DNA of 64,000 bases. Origin: an uncultured Methanosarcinaceae archaeon (lineage in GTDB: Archaea; Halobacteriota; Methanosarcinia; Methanosarcinales; Methanosarcinaceae). The stretch lies in the NCBI GenBank assembly GCA_963833425.1, contig CAWHXP010000008.1:32001-96000 (forward strand), given 5' to 3'. The position numbers and the translations under genes are program-made. The notes under the pieces were generated by a model. The model ran no database searches. It was given only the letters and a program-made list of their open reading frames with translations, and was not told the DNA's origin. Positions 36,029-48,069 of the stretch are shown here, in pieces (the first letter of the stretch is position 1; every line of letters starts with the position of its first letter).

Positions 36029-36892
36029 TCATTGAGCCGTCTTTTTTCTTTCTTTGTTCAGGTGTGATAATGCGCTTGCAAGCATTATAGCTTTAGTAAA
36101 ATGTCCGCCTGCCCTTGAAGTATCCACAAAAACGTAATCATCCATTAAAACAGGAGCCCCAAGCCCGTCGCCTCCGCCCAGGAAAGCAACCGTCCGAAAA
36201 ATAAGGTTTCCTGAGATTCCATCTGGGGCAACGATAAAATTAGATTCTATTATAGCATCTTCGATAAGAATGGTGTAATGCTTCGCATTGATCCCGAGTT
36301 TCGCAGCTCTATTCGCAACTAATTCACCGTCTGCTAGGGTTCTATCCACAAGTGGGTTCCTCCCAATATCTTCGATCCTACCTCCTGAAAGGACACCTAT
36401 TACAGGCTTGATTCCTAATCTACTGATGTATTCGGCACCCAGAGTAATAATGTGAAGCTTATCTTTGATGGTACTACCCTCATCGATTCCTACAGGGGCA
36501 AGAAAAAAAGGCTTCCCGTCCGCTGTCAGAAGTAGGGCAAGTCTGCAGACGCTTTTTTTTCCAAGTGCTTCTTTGAGGTGTACAAGGGTTCCAGATGATT
36601 CTGCAGTTCCCCTTATTGCTGCATCGATTTTTCTTGATATCATGAGTTCCACAAGAACCTGTTCTGGTTCTTCGGTATCCACTACCTCAAGCTCAGTTCC
36701 AATTTTATTTATTTCCTTTTTGCTCCCTACCAGGATAACCTGAGCATATCCTTTTTCCTGGGCTTTCCACGCACTTTCAAGAACCTTGGAATTTGGATCC
36801 CTTATTCCCATAGCAACCCTTGCTCTATTCGTCAGTGCTCGTATTTCGATAGCCTCAAGGAGAACGTCCATAACGTTCTTCTCCATGTTCAT
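36029..36892 (-). CDS. mtxX: Methanogenesis marker protein 4 / MtxX family
   Basis: DAAIRGT, FFLAPVGIDEG, VLSGGR.ED.GR, APDGISGNLIFR, FVDTSR. Confidence 0.85.
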   Translation of the reverse strand: MNMEKNVMDVLLEAIEIRALTNRARVAMGIRDPNSKVLESAWKAQEKGYAQVILVGSKKEINKIGTELEVVDTEEPEQVLVELMISRKIDAAIRGTAESSGTLVHLKEALGKKSVCRLALLLTADGKPFFLAPVGIDEGSTIKDKLHIITLGAEYISRLGIKPVIGVLSGGRIEDIGRNPLVDRTLADGELVANRAAKLGINAKHYTILIEDAIIESNFIVAPDGISGNLIFRTVAFLGGGDGLGAPVLMDDYVFVDTSRAGGHFTKAIMLASALSHLNKERKKTAQ

Positions 36893-38680
36893 TCGACCTC
36901 CTTAGCAAGATTCAAATTAGTTTAGCTAAGTACAAGCACGATCATTAATCAATTTTATCCTTGCAGAGTTGCTATTGGTAATCTTTATAGAATACTCAAT
37001 AAGTTAATTAAGTACTTTGAATTTAGTCAATTTTACAATATCATTTCATGAGTTTTCATTATGGAGCTTACCCTAAAAGCGGATTGAGGGAGACCATAGA
37101 TTTTTATTTGCCTATAGATAGAGAAATGTTGCTAGATTCCGGCATAAAAGCTGAAGATGTTCCTTAATACCATATCAGTGGCATGTTTAAGAGGCTTGTT
37201 TAACTGCGATATAAAATGTTGCTGAGTAGCCGATAAAATTAGAATGATCCTCAAGATAAACTAACTGACATTCAGTAAATGTACAAAAATGTAAAATTTG
37301 TTTGTCAACTTACTCAATATTAATTCATTGATTCATTGAAAGTTAGTTTAATTTACTGTCCTATTGAGAAGATGAATGGCATTTTTGTATGCATCTGAAG
37401 AAGTGGGATTGTAGAAATAGAGGCTATAATTCTGCAAAAAACTGTTGCAGCTCTTGTACTTATTAAGATTTCTTATATTTTATGCTATAATTTCATCATT
37501 ATGATATCCTTTTTTGTTTGATTATTTTCAAACTGAACTCTCATATCTATAAGAAAACTCACGATCTTTTTTTATACTACATTTAAACCTATCAAGTAGA
37601 TTTCTTGTCTTTCTTTTTTGATTTGCATCAAATTTTCCTTTTTTTGGGGGTGGTTTAGAGAATGCGAATTTTCTTTAATACTTTTCATGACTAAGGAATC
37701 AAACCTATTTTCAAAAGCTTTAATTGCTCAAAAGTGCACTTTTTCGTCTTCTGTTAAAGACTCATTTATCTCTTTATCTTTCTTTATCTTATTACTTTTA
37801 TAATTCTCTTAAATCCCATCAGGTTCTCTTTGTATGAGCACTGTAAAGAGCTTGAGCACATTTATAATTGCTCTAAAATTTTCAATCCATTATGAACCGC
37901 TATCCTGTTAAATTTTAGAAAAATTCCCATAGTTTCCATTACTTTAAAATTCTCTTCTTTTACTGAATAAACAACATATGTATTCGTAATTGTGAGCTAC
38001 ATGAATCCGGATTCTCCTATTTATTGCTATCCTTTTTACAGCGATTCTAGGGATTGGAGCTCTCTTCTACAAATAAACTGGTAGAAAGAGGATTGATACT
38101 GTTAGAATCATTTTGGTTCAAGCTAGTTCAAATAAGGTAATCTTTTAGTGAATTCTTCAATTTGAGATTCAAAACTCTCAATATAAGTAATAAATTCAAG
38201 GTTTAAAGCAAAGAGAGCAATAATCTCGTCATGTTTTACCAAAGATAAAAATCATTTTACATTCAACTTTTTCTCATTTCTAAGAAAAATTATGTAGTTA
38301 CCCGCAAGGTTTCATGAATAGTTACAATAAATTGTGAATGGATAAGAATAACCATTCGGAACTACAGCAAAGAGAACAATTTAATGAGCAAATATGCTTG
38401 AATACTCCAAAGCCCGATACTTCTCGAAATTGTATAGTGCTAAATATTGGATTCCTAAAATAAAAGTATTTTCAGAATTTGGATTCTCAGTGTAATCTAT
38501 AAATGCCAAAATAAATTTTCTTAAGAAACAAGCGCAAAACTTATTTAAAATTATTATCTTTTTTACCGGATAAAGAATTAAATACAATTCGAACATGTAA
38601 TGGTTAAGCTGAGTTAAATGTTAAGCTTCAAATAACAAAATATATGTATAATGATAGAGCAGAAATGAAAGGGTGAAATT

Positions 38681-39967
38681 ATGTCGTATATCGGTCTACA
38701 GCAGGAATCTGGAGAATATAAAATCCAAAAGATACATGCTCGGGAGATCCTGGATTCAAGGGGAAATCCCACTATTGAAGTTGATTTATTCACACAAAAG
38801 GGATTTGGCAGAGCTAGTGTTCCTTCAGGAGCTTCCACTGGTACCAATGAAGCCCTTGAACTGCGGGATGCAGACCCTAATAGGTACGAAGGAAAAGGAG
38901 TTCTAACTGCAGTCAAAAATGTAAACACTATTATCCAGAAAGAATTGCTTGGGCTCGATGTGCGAAATCAGCGAGAAATCGATGAGTTGATGATCGAACT
39001 AGATGAAACCGATAACAAATCAAGCATGGGAGCAAATTCGATTCTTGGTGTATCTATGGCTGTTGCAAAAGCAGCTGCAGATTCCCTTAATATTCCTCTT
39101 TACCGTTATTTAGGGGGTGCGAATGCTTTCACTCTGCCAATACCCATAATGAACGTCCTCAACGGAGGCAAACACGCGGGTAACGAGCTTGCAATCCAAG
39201 AATTTATGATCCAACCTAAAGGTGCAGAAACCTTCTACGAAGCCCTTCAGATAGGGGTAGAGATTTATCATGTTCTTGGAAAGTCATTAGGCAAAAAATA
39301 CGGCAGATCTTCTATTAACGTAGGTTATGAGGGGGGGTATGCTCCTAAAATGAGTGAATCTACGGAAGCCCTAGATTCTCTTGTGCAGGCTATTGAAGAA
39401 TCAGGCTATACAGAATCCGAAGTCACAATAGGGATTGATGCAGCAGCTTCTGAGTTCTATGAAGGTGGATTTTATACAATCGACGGAAAGAAACTTACTG
39501 CTCAAGAATTGCTGGATTATTATGTTGAACTTGTTAACTCTTACCCAATCCTTTCTATCGAAGATCCTTTTTTTGAGGAATCCTTCGAAGACTTTGCAGC
39601 TTTGACCAATGAACTGTGGGACACGATCATTGTTGGTGACGATATCTTTGTTACGAACATCGAGAGACTCTCTAAAGGTGTGGACATGGGAGCAGCAAAT
39701 GCACTTCTTTTGAAAATTAACCAGATCGGAACACTTTCGGAGTCTTTTGATGCTGCAAGCATGGCCTCCAGAAACGGCTATACAGTAGTCGTAAGCCATC
39801 GTTCCGCTGAAACTGAAGACACAACCATTTCGGATATTGCAGTTGCCATTGGGGCAGAAATGATAAAAACCGGGGCTCCTGCTCGTGGTGAAAGAACTGC
39901 AAAATATAATCAGCTCCTTAGAATAGAGGAAGACTTGGGTGAGGTTGCACATTATGTGCAGCTCTAA
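38681..39967 (+). CDS. eno: Enolase (phosphopyruvate hydratase)
   Basis: DSRGNPT, VPSGASTG, NGGKHA, QEFMI, IVGDD, SHRS.ETED, KTG, AKYNQLLRIEE. Confidence 0.97.
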   Translation: MSYIGLQQESGEYKIQKIHAREILDSRGNPTIEVDLFTQKGFGRASVPSGASTGTNEALELRDADPNRYEGKGVLTAVKNVNTIIQKELLGLDVRNQREIDELMIELDETDNKSSMGANSILGVSMAVAKAAADSLNIPLYRYLGGANAFTLPIPIMNVLNGGKHAGNELAIQEFMIQPKGAETFYEALQIGVEIYHVLGKSLGKKYGRSSINVGYEGGYAPKMSESTEALDSLVQAIEESGYTESEVTIGIDAAASEFYEGGFYTIDGKKLTAQELLDYYVELVNSYPILSIEDPFFEESFEDFAALTNELWDTIIVGDDIFVTNIERLSKGVDMGAANALLLKINQIGTLSESFDAASMASRNGYTVVVSHRSAETEDTTISDIAVAIGAEMIKTGAPARGERTAKYNQLLRIEEDLGEVAHYVQL

Positions 39968-40828
39968 TATTTTTTATTTCATTCCTTTTCCTTTGTAGAT
40001 CTTCCGTCATTCAGCGGATGATGTTTTTCATAATTAAGTTTCCAATTTAATGAAAAGTTGTATTTTCATATGCTGAAGCATATCTGTTCAGTTAAAATCA
40101 CTAAGGTTTGTGACATAAAAGTCTGGAAAATGATATTAACCGTGTTAAGAAATAATATCAACCAAATGCAGTATTTACCAACTGACTCAGATACCAATTA
40201 AAGTTTCACTCAATTTTCATGAGTTTTACAGAAGAATAGGGTTGAATACTGGTTTTTTATTTCAAAGTATTTGTCTTAAGTTCGAGATGATAGAGGAATA
40301 AAAACTCTAGGTGAAATACCCTGAAACACATCGAGTTATCTTTTTTTTATGCAAGATGAGAAAAATCGATATGCTGCACCATATATTTCGAATTGTATCA
40401 AAATAGGAAAGAATATAAAGGAAAGTACAGAACATCAGAATATAAAAAATTTAAAACAAATGAACCGATTTAGTGAAGAGCTGAAAAGACATACTATAAA
40501 AAAACCTCTATTAAATATGATCAAACATTTCTATTAAATATGGTAAGGGAATCAGGCGATCAAAAGTAATCTTATACATTTTAGTGGTATTTTCACGGAG
40601 AACCTTTCCATTTTACTATAGAAAAGGCATGAAATTTACTATTTATACTCGGGTGACTCAGAAAGAAGAAGGAAGTATCCCAAAGTTTTCTGATTCCTTC
40701 AAAGTAACAAATGGAAATAGTTTTATGCTTGGATTAATTAAACAAGAAAGTCACTTTAAACATCAACCCACAAAGGAAAGCAATCCGAGAAATCCTTAGG
40801 TTTTATGCTTTCCCAATGGAGGGAAGCC

Positions 40829-41470
40829 ATGAATATGTTAAAACGATTTAAGGCAAGCTTTTCAAAAATGTTCAATAAATTGTTCAAGAGAAAAGGAGCA
40901 TGTATAGGAATTTACGGTCCCCCTAATGCCGGTAAGACAACTCTTAGCAATCGGATCCTTAAGGACTGGGTCGGGACAGAAGAAACTATGGGCTCTGTTT
41001 CTCATATCGCCCATGAAACCAGGCATGCAAAGAGAAAGAATGGAATCACTATCGAAGCTAATGGGTATACTATCAGTCTTGATATAGTAGACACACCTGG
41101 GATTGCCACGAAAATAGATTTTCACGATTTCATGGAACAAGGAATGAGTGACTCTGAATCAAAGAAAAGATCTAAAGAAGCGACAGAAGGTGTAATTGAA
41201 GCTGTCAAATGGCTCGATGACCTAGACGGCGTCATACTGGTTATGGATTCCACTGCAAATCCCTATACACAGGTCAACGTAACGGTAATAGGAAACATGG
41301 AAGCCAGGAACCTTCCACTTTTGATCGTAGCAAACAAAGTAGACCTTCCTGATGCTGACCCTGCAATCATTAAGGAAGCTTTCCCACAACATCCCATGGT
41401 ACCAGTTTCAGCACTCGAAGGGGTCGGGATGGATTCGTTTTACGAAGCTCTGGCGAAGCAGTTCGGGTGA
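40829..41470 (+). CDS. Era-like GTP-binding protein (OapA-like)
   Basis: GPPNAGKT, HETR, DTPG, NKVD, SAL motifs; RBS ggaggg. Confidence 0.85.
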   Translation: MNMLKRFKASFSKMFNKLFKRKGACIGIYGPPNAGKTTLSNRILKDWVGTEETMGSVSHIAHETRHAKRKNGITIEANGYTISLDIVDTPGIATKIDFHDFMEQGMSDSESKKRSKEATEGVIEAVKWLDDLDGVILVMDSTANPYTQVNVTVIGNMEARNLPLLIVANKVDLPDADPAIIKEAFPQHPMVPVSALEGVGMDSFYEALAKQFG

Positions 41471-41836
41471 TCAATATGCAGGGAATTCAACTTGATCTTA
41501 TATCTGAAGCCAGAATCTCTCAGATGGCTTCGATGGAGAAAGTCCGATACATAATTGATGAGGTGCGGAAAGGCAAAATCCTGGTGCTTGAAAAAGGCCT
41601 GAACCCTATGGAGGAAGCAAAGCTAATAGAGATGACAATGTCAGCAATCCAGCCGGATGTGTTTTCAGGCATTGAAATGCAAAGTTATCCCGCGAATTCA
41701 GACAATTCGCTGCTAGGAAAGTTTTTCAAAAAACAAAGCAGTCGGAGACTCACAGTAATAGGTCCTGCAAACCAGCTAAAAACTCTTCAAAAGGATCAGT
41801 AACCTGATCAGTGCACTTGTCTCTATAAGTAAGTGA
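41467..41836 (+). CDS. DUF2073 (OapB-like) protein; last ~11 residues lie in a shifted frame
   Basis: MEKVR.IID.V..G.ILVLE.GL.P.EEAKLIE.TM, LTVIGPANQLKT. Stops at 41802, while the +1 frame reads NLISALVSISK. Confidence 0.75.
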
Positions 41837-41850
41837 ACGAAGTGGAAGCG

Positions 41851-42363
41851 ATGCGTGCCCAAAAGACCCAAGACATGGAAGCAAAAATATCCTCTCCTCA
41901 GTCCCTAAGCTCCTTTGAAATGGGCAGGAATGACGTTAATATGGTGTGTACCTACGGGAAAATCGCTGTATGGTTTGGAAGAAAGGTTCCTGATTACATC
42001 ATAGCGCAGGTACTCATTGGAATTTCGAAAATAGACCAATCTGCGGTTCATGAATTTGAGACAATCTGCAATTTTGATGATATCACGGAATATGAAAGTA
42101 AGGGGTATATATTGGTGTCTTACGGAAAAACAGCCGGCGGTTATCGCGTTAACTATAGCATTCCTTTTTCCAATAAAAAAGCTCTCTTCCATATGTCTAA
42201 ATTTATACTTGAAGAACTCAAAAAGGGAGACGTGCGTCAGGATTTTTACTGGAACGGTAGTGACTGTGATATTCAGAGGCTATACCAAGAATTAAAAAAC
42301 AATATCGAGAACTGGGAAATGAAATGTATAAACTATAAAACCGAATCACAAACAAATAGATAA
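41851..42363 (+). CDS. Hypothetical protein, third gene of the GTPase operon
   Basis: ~170-aa ORF directly after the DUF2073 gene; no motif recognised. Confidence 0.7.
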   Translation: MRAQKTQDMEAKISSPQSLSSFEMGRNDVNMVCTYGKIAVWFGRKVPDYIIAQVLIGISKIDQSAVHEFETICNFDDITEYESKGYILVSYGKTAGGYRVNYSIPFSNKKALFHMSKFILEELKKGDVRQDFYWNGSDCDIQRLYQELKNNIENWEMKCINYKTESQTNR

Positions 42364-42720
42364 AAAAGGTAACTTGCTGGCATGCCATTAAATGAAAAGA
42401 AAATCCAGGAATTTGCCTTGGAACAGAAATTCAGCGGATCTACGCAGATCTAGCATTTGTTTGCCTATTTGCCCATTATTTTCATTAATAGTTAGATACT
42501 TTATAAGTTACTGTCAGATTGAAAAAAATAAATGGAATTCTTGTGTACAGCTTCTGAGAGTGAGCTGAAGTCCATATTAATTTACATAAAAATGGCCAGG
42601 TTATGGAAAAAGAGTTTCAGGAGTGCTATACAATCATTGATGCAGACAGATAGATAAAGATCTAATCAAATATTCTTATATGAATCAGGCTTTCAACCCA
42701 ATGTTCTTTGGAGAACTCAT

Positions 42721-43335
42721 ATGAAAAAAATTAAGGTAAATGACTGCGAAGAAGTATTATCATCAATGAGACTGATCATAGAAAATATAGAAGAAGTAAT
42801 TGACAAATTAGATAAGGAAGCCATAAAGGCAATGCTCCAAAAAACAATTGATGGCAATCAAGTTTTTGTAATGGGAGCCGGAAGATCGGGACTTGTTGCC
42901 AAAGCATTTGCGATGCGGCTTATGCATCTTGGACTTAGAGTTTATGTAGTCGGTGAAACCACAACCCCTGCTGTTTTGCCGCAGGATGTCGTGATTGCTA
43001 TTTCTGGGTCCGGGGAAACTCGTACTATAGCTGATCTTGGAAAATTAGCAAAAGATATTGGCTCAACCCTTATAACGATTACATCTAAAAAAGATTCTAC
43101 ACTGAGTAAAATTTCAGATATTGCTGTGATAATTCCTAGCAAAACTAAAAATGACCCGGATGAAGCCGGCTACCTTGAAAGACACATGCGAGGTGACTAC
43201 AAAAACATGCCTCCTTTGGGAACTTCTTTCGAAATTACTTCACTTGTCTTCTTGGACTCTGTAGTTGGCCAGCTGATTATGTTAACAGGCGCTTCGGAAG
43301 CCGAACTTAAATCAAGGCACACGAACATCGAATAA
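42721..43335 (+). CDS. hxlB: 6-phospho-3-hexuloisomerase
   Basis: GAGRSGLVAKAFAMRLMHLG, VVGETTTP, ISGSGET, PLGTSFE, RHTNIE. Confidence 0.93.
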   Translation: MKKIKVNDCEEVLSSMRLIIENIEEVIDKLDKEAIKAMLQKTIDGNQVFVMGAGRSGLVAKAFAMRLMHLGLRVYVVGETTTPAVLPQDVVIAISGSGETRTIADLGKLAKDIGSTLITITSKKDSTLSKISDIAVIIPSKTKNDPDEAGYLERHMRGDYKNMPPLGTSFEITSLVFLDSVVGQLIMLTGASEAELKSRHTNIE

Positions 43336-43415
43336 AGTCTGAAGATGTGCAGAAAAATAGGGGATATTTCAGAAATAGTGAATTAGGGGATACAGGAGAG
43401 TTCAGTTTGAAGGAG

Positions 43416-44519
43416 ATGAAGTTTTCAGAAAATGTAGCAAGAATAGACACTTCAGGGATTAGAAAAATTTTTGAAACTGCAGGCTCTGGCTGTATTAACC
43501 TTGGGCTAGGCCAGCCGGATTTTGATACCCCTGAGCATATTAAGGCTGCGGCAATAAAAGCAATAAACGAGGGATTTACGGGTTATACAATAGGGGCCGG
43601 AATTCCGGAACTTAGAGAGGCTCTGAGCTTAAAATTCAAGGAAGAAAATGGATTCTTTGTTTCCCCACAAGAAATAATCGTCACCTCTGGAGCATCCGAA
43701 GCTCTTTCCATTGCTCTTGCAGCCCTTCTCAACCCAGGGGATGAAGTACTTATCGCGAATCCAGGATTCGTTTCGTATAACGCACTTACAGAGATTCTAA
43801 ATGGTAAGGCAATAAGCATCCCTCTAGAAGAAGACTTTACTATGAAGCCGGACTCAGTGCTCGAAAAAATTACACCGAAAACTAAAGTTCTTATTCTCAA
43901 TTCTCCTTCAAACCCCACTGGTGCAGTCACCAGCAGGGCGGATATCAAAGCCCTTACAGAGATTGCAGAAGACTACAATATAACTATCATCTCAGACGAG
44001 GTCTATGAGTACTTTATTTACGAAGGAGAGCATGTAAGCCCTGCCAGCTACTCGGACAATGTAATTACTGTAAACGCTACCTCGAAGAGCTACGCTATGA
44101 CTGGCTGGAGACTAGGGTATGTAGCAGGCAGAGCTGAGTATATCGGCCAGATGCTCAAAGTACACCAGTACATGCAAGCATGCGCCAATTCAGTAGCTCA
44201 GAAAGCTGCTTATGCTGCAGTTGTTGGACCCAAAGATTCAGTCAATGCAATGAGAGAAGAATTTCGAAAGCGCAGGGATATGCTTGTGAATGGAATAAAT
44301 GAGCTAGGAATGGAGTGTGCTTTCCCAAAAGGAGCTTTCTATGCCTTCCCAAAAATTTCAGATTCTGCAACAATTGTCTCTAAATTGATTTCAAACGGTG
44401 TTTTAGTTGTTCCAGGGATAGCTTTCGGAAGCGAGGGTGAAGGCTATATGAGAATTTCTTATTCAGCTTCAATGAAAGCTATTGAAAAAGCTCTGAGTAT
44501 CATGGGTAAAGTGCTCTGA
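43416..44519 (+). CDS. Class I/II PLP-dependent (aspartate-type) aminotransferase
   Basis: LGQPDF, NSPSNPTG, SDEVY, SKSYAMTGWRLG, PKGAFY. Confidence 0.92.
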   Translation: MKFSENVARIDTSGIRKIFETAGSGCINLGLGQPDFDTPEHIKAAAIKAINEGFTGYTIGAGIPELREALSLKFKEENGFFVSPQEIIVTSGASEALSIALAALLNPGDEVLIANPGFVSYNALTEILNGKAISIPLEEDFTMKPDSVLEKITPKTKVLILNSPSNPTGAVTSRADIKALTEIAEDYNITIISDEVYEYFIYEGEHVSPASYSDNVITVNATSKSYAMTGWRLGYVAGRAEYIGQMLKVHQYMQACANSVAQKAAYAAVVGPKDSVNAMREEFRKRRDMLVNGINELGMECAFPKGAFYAFPKISDSATIVSKLISNGVLVVPGIAFGSEGEGYMRISYSASMKAIEKALSIMGKVL

Positions 44520-46126
44520 GAATAAGGATTCTCTAAAAAGGGATACTTTTTTGCTTCTTTCTTCGATTTTCTTTACTATTCTCATTTTTTGCAACTGTTT
44601 TCTAGAAAATTAGATATTGTAGAGTTCTGGAGTACGAATTATGTAAATTCCCACTTACGGTTTTGATTTATTTGTGTGATATTTTTAAGCTGATATCTCT
44701 ATTAATCGATAGCAAAGCACCCTATTTCTGACTAGATTAAATTTCGTCAAATAATTCACAAATAATTTTATTTCAGTTAAAAATCCAGTAGCTTATTGAA
44801 GGAATGTAAATTTCCCCGAGAACAACTATTAATAACTGAGTTAAGTTTCAGGCTACTTTTGTACTGTAAAATGGAATTTGGTATGAATGAGATTACGCCG
44901 GATCAATTGATGATAGTACGACTTTCGATGTCCTTAAAAGATATGCTGAAAATCAAGGAAGCCAGGAAGAAAAAAGCACATAAGCATATAAAGCTTTAAA
45001 GTTTGAATAGTTCCTTAATTAAGAGCGTGGCACTAACATTTCTGTTGCTTTCAGTGTAGCGTGCCATAATAAATTTGATTATTTTGCGTGATTTTGAGTT
45101 GGGATATAAAGATCAGAATATAATAAAAAGTATCTTCCAAATAATTGGAAGGTATATCCGCAACCAATAAGATAGTAGAGGAAGATCCTGCAGTCCTCTA
45201 TAGACACGAGCTCGCAAATTTTGTGGTGGGCGGAAACAGATTTCTTAATGCAAAAGGAACTGGGATAAAAAATGGCCATTATGAAAGGTAAAGATTAAAC
45301 TACTATGCATATCTGCCGCCAAAAGATCCAGAAATGAGCTTCGGAAATCAAGATATTTTTGTGGTCGAAGGCGACTCAGCTATTAAAATAATTATCCACT
45401 GTAAAATTTCCTAATACTGTGAAGTTAGTCCACAAAATAGACTCTAGGATATTTGTAGGGAAAAATTACAATCAAATTATGCTGAAACTAACTCATAAGA
45501 TCCTCATAGAGGTATTCATGTAATTCCGATGGACCATGTTAACAATCGAGGAAAAAATAGCTACTATATTGTTTTTTTTTCTTCATATATTTCTGCAATT
45601 GTGGGATATCTAAAATTTGATTAAATCATTTATTCTAAAAAAATTCCATATGTGAAATCGGAAGGTATGTGGGTCAAAAAAATAACAAAATAAAAATACT
45701 CGAAAAAAATATCTCTTAATGTAGGAAATTTATAAAGCATATTCAAAAACCCATTAGATATTACCGATACTATGGGGTTGGAATTCTGGGAATATACTGA
45801 GTGCTATGCGCCCAGAACCCGAGGCAAACGGATCGCATAGGAGTTATAAGGGATCACTCGAAAGCTTAAGCATTCCATTGTCATTGTTGCTTAGCTCTGG
45901 TTGAAGTAATCGATGAATACGGAATCGATTGTTTGAATGAAAAAGCGGTAGGAATTCTCATGGTACCTGGCCTACAAGAATATGATACTTTCTAATTTAT
46001 TGTAAAAGAAATGCTTTTATAATATCTTTCCATTTCTTCTTACTCTAAATGTCCATCGTTCATATTATTTTATCTGCGAATATAGAAAAGCTTTTCATAA
46101 GACCTGAAATTTAATCTTTACATGAG

Positions 46127-46501
46127 GTGGGAAGCATAATCGGCGAGATTATAATCCTCGAGAAAAAGTACTCTGAAAAAAACCTGCAACTTATAACAGG
46201 AAAAAAAGATATCTCTCTAAATTGTGAAGAGATTCCAGAAGAGATGCTGCTTTTAAGTGAAGTTATAGAGGATCCACTCAAACTACCTTATCTACTGGAT
46301 ACATTCTACGTAGCAAATATAAAAAATGAAAAAGCTTTTCATTTTGCTCTCTTGCGCGTCCAGGTAGATTCCGACCTTAGGATGCATGAGGATATTCAGA
46401 AATATCAGCAAAGGAAGTACGTAGCTGAAACACTGGAAAAATTACTTTATGGAGAACTTATGCTTTCTGTAGAAAATAATTTAGAAATAGATGGCCCTTG
46501 A
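46127..46501 (+). CDS. Hypothetical protein
   Basis: 124-aa ORF with GTG start and protein-like composition. Confidence 0.7.
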   Translation: MGSIIGEIIILEKKYSEKNLQLITGKKDISLNCEEIPEEMLLLSEVIEDPLKLPYLLDTFYVANIKNEKAFHFALLRVQVDSDLRMHEDIQKYQQRKYVAETLEKLLYGELMLSVENNLEIDGP

Positions 46502-46588
46502 TTGATATGTCTATTTCCTTACAATAGATCTTTCATCTTTTATGTCATTTTAGAAAGACAATAAAGGAATACAGCGTTTTCAGTAGTT

Positions 46589-47284
46589 TTAGATGATATA
46601 CCAGTCCGTATCATCTACCGAAAGATCTTCCTTGATACCTACTGTCTTTCTGGGAAGCTTGAGGGCATCAGTAATTGAATTTGCAAGATCCTGTAGGTAC
46701 TCTTTAGATGAGAGACTATTAAAAATAAAGGACTTTGAGGGTTGAAGCATACTCTGAATTGTAGGCTCTCTGGGGACTACATTTACTTCTATGTTGACTA
46801 TTTTCAAGGCTTTTTCCATTGCAGTCCGGAAATCTCCGATACAGTAAGCTATCCTGTACTTGTAATTTCTTCTCGTTTTTTCAAGATAAGCGGCAATCCT
46901 TTCGCTCTCCAATTTTATGAAATCTTTCTTAATATGCACCACATTACATTTTCCCATCATAAAATTGTAATGCATGAAAGGGTATTGAGTATCAAGTTCT
47001 CTTGGAGTAATACCGCAAGTTCCAAAAGTGACAATATGCACCTCCTCAAGTTTTGCGATCTCGAAGATTACTCGATCGAATTTTTTGTGTGAGGGACTTT
47101 CATGATAGGGTTTTTTTTTTGAGCAGGGAACGAAGATGCAGAGCCTTTTGAAAGGGGCTTCATACTCTTTCAGAATCCAGTCGTTGGCCCTTAACATATC
47201 CGGGTGATAAATTATTTTATCAGTATCAAGAGGTTCTTGAGAGCGTTCAGCTTCAGGAATGATGGGCTGTATAAACGTCATCAA
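46589..47284 (-). CDS. DUF5591-like protein (related to the archaeosine-synthase domain)
   Basis: FVPCSKKKPY..S.SH..F, GITPRELD..YP...Y motif. Confidence 0.75.
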   Translation of the reverse strand: MMTFIQPIIPEAERSQEPLDTDKIIYHPDMLRANDWILKEYEAPFKRLCIFVPCSKKKPYHESPSHKKFDRVIFEIAKLEEVHIVTFGTCGITPRELDTQYPFMHYNFMMGKCNVVHIKKDFIKLESERIAAYLEKTRRNYKYRIAYCIGDFRTAMEKALKIVNIEVNVVPREPTIQSMLQPSKSFIFNSLSSKEYLQDLANSITDALKLPRKTVGIKEDLSVDDTDWYII

Positions 47285-48069
47285 TAATTGAGTGTGGATA
47301 TGATATATATATATAATTATAGCGAACGAATGAATAAAGTTTACTTCTTTAAATCAATAATGGTTAAATACACAATTACTTATACTTAAATTATCGAAAT
47401 TTTATAACCTAAAATGATGAAAAGGCAAGGAAAAATTGTTCCAATATTTCTTTTCTTCAGTATATTTCTAGCTCTACGCAATTTGTATCTAAGTTCAGGA
47501 TTGGTGAAGGAATTTTTGTATTTGACCATAAAATGTATTTTTCTTATAATATGAAGTGTTGATTTTTATTGTGAGGATTAAGCTATGTATTTACATAAAT
47601 TAGTTAATTATAAGAACAACGATATAACTTAAAGTATTTCTTACTGTTATAATCCAGAATAAACATTCAAATAATTTTTAATTTTTTCTCGATAGCTAAT
47701 AAGAAAAAAATTTTATCAAAATATCTGGGTCCCATTTTTTAGCCTCGTCTAGATAATTTAATATTGTAGATTTCTAAAGTATAAAATTATGCATAATCTC
47801 CATTATATTATTTTGTAATTTTTTTAAATCTATCTTTTAGTTCATATATCTATTAATCGAGATGTAAGGCTTTATCTCTCAAAAACTGACTGTAACACAT
47901 TAAAAATGTTATCCATTATACAGGGTTCCTGAAAAAAAAGAATTGGAGACAAATTTGAAATCTTCTGTATTTTAATTAATTTCTTTTATATTCGGTAAAG
48001 ATAGATATGTAAGAAATATGTTACTTTTTTGTTTTTTTGTAAACCTAAAAATCTAAATTGAGATTATAG

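Noticed and set aside
39320..39345. Enolase GYEGG instead of the usual GDEGG
   Set aside because: The catalytic Glu and all other motifs are intact; likely a lineage variant.
39401..39952. Antisense ORFs overlapping eno and other confident genes
   Set aside because: Shadow frames of well-supported genes with no independent motifs or RBS.
39968..40828. Possible replication origin next to the oapA-like gene
   Set aside because: AT-rich, but I see no ORB repeats and no cdc6/orc1 gene in the window.
45310..45385. IFVVEGDSA fragment resembling the GyrB TOPRIM motif
   Set aside because: Too short, with no flanking GyrB-like sequence; cannot be supported without a search.
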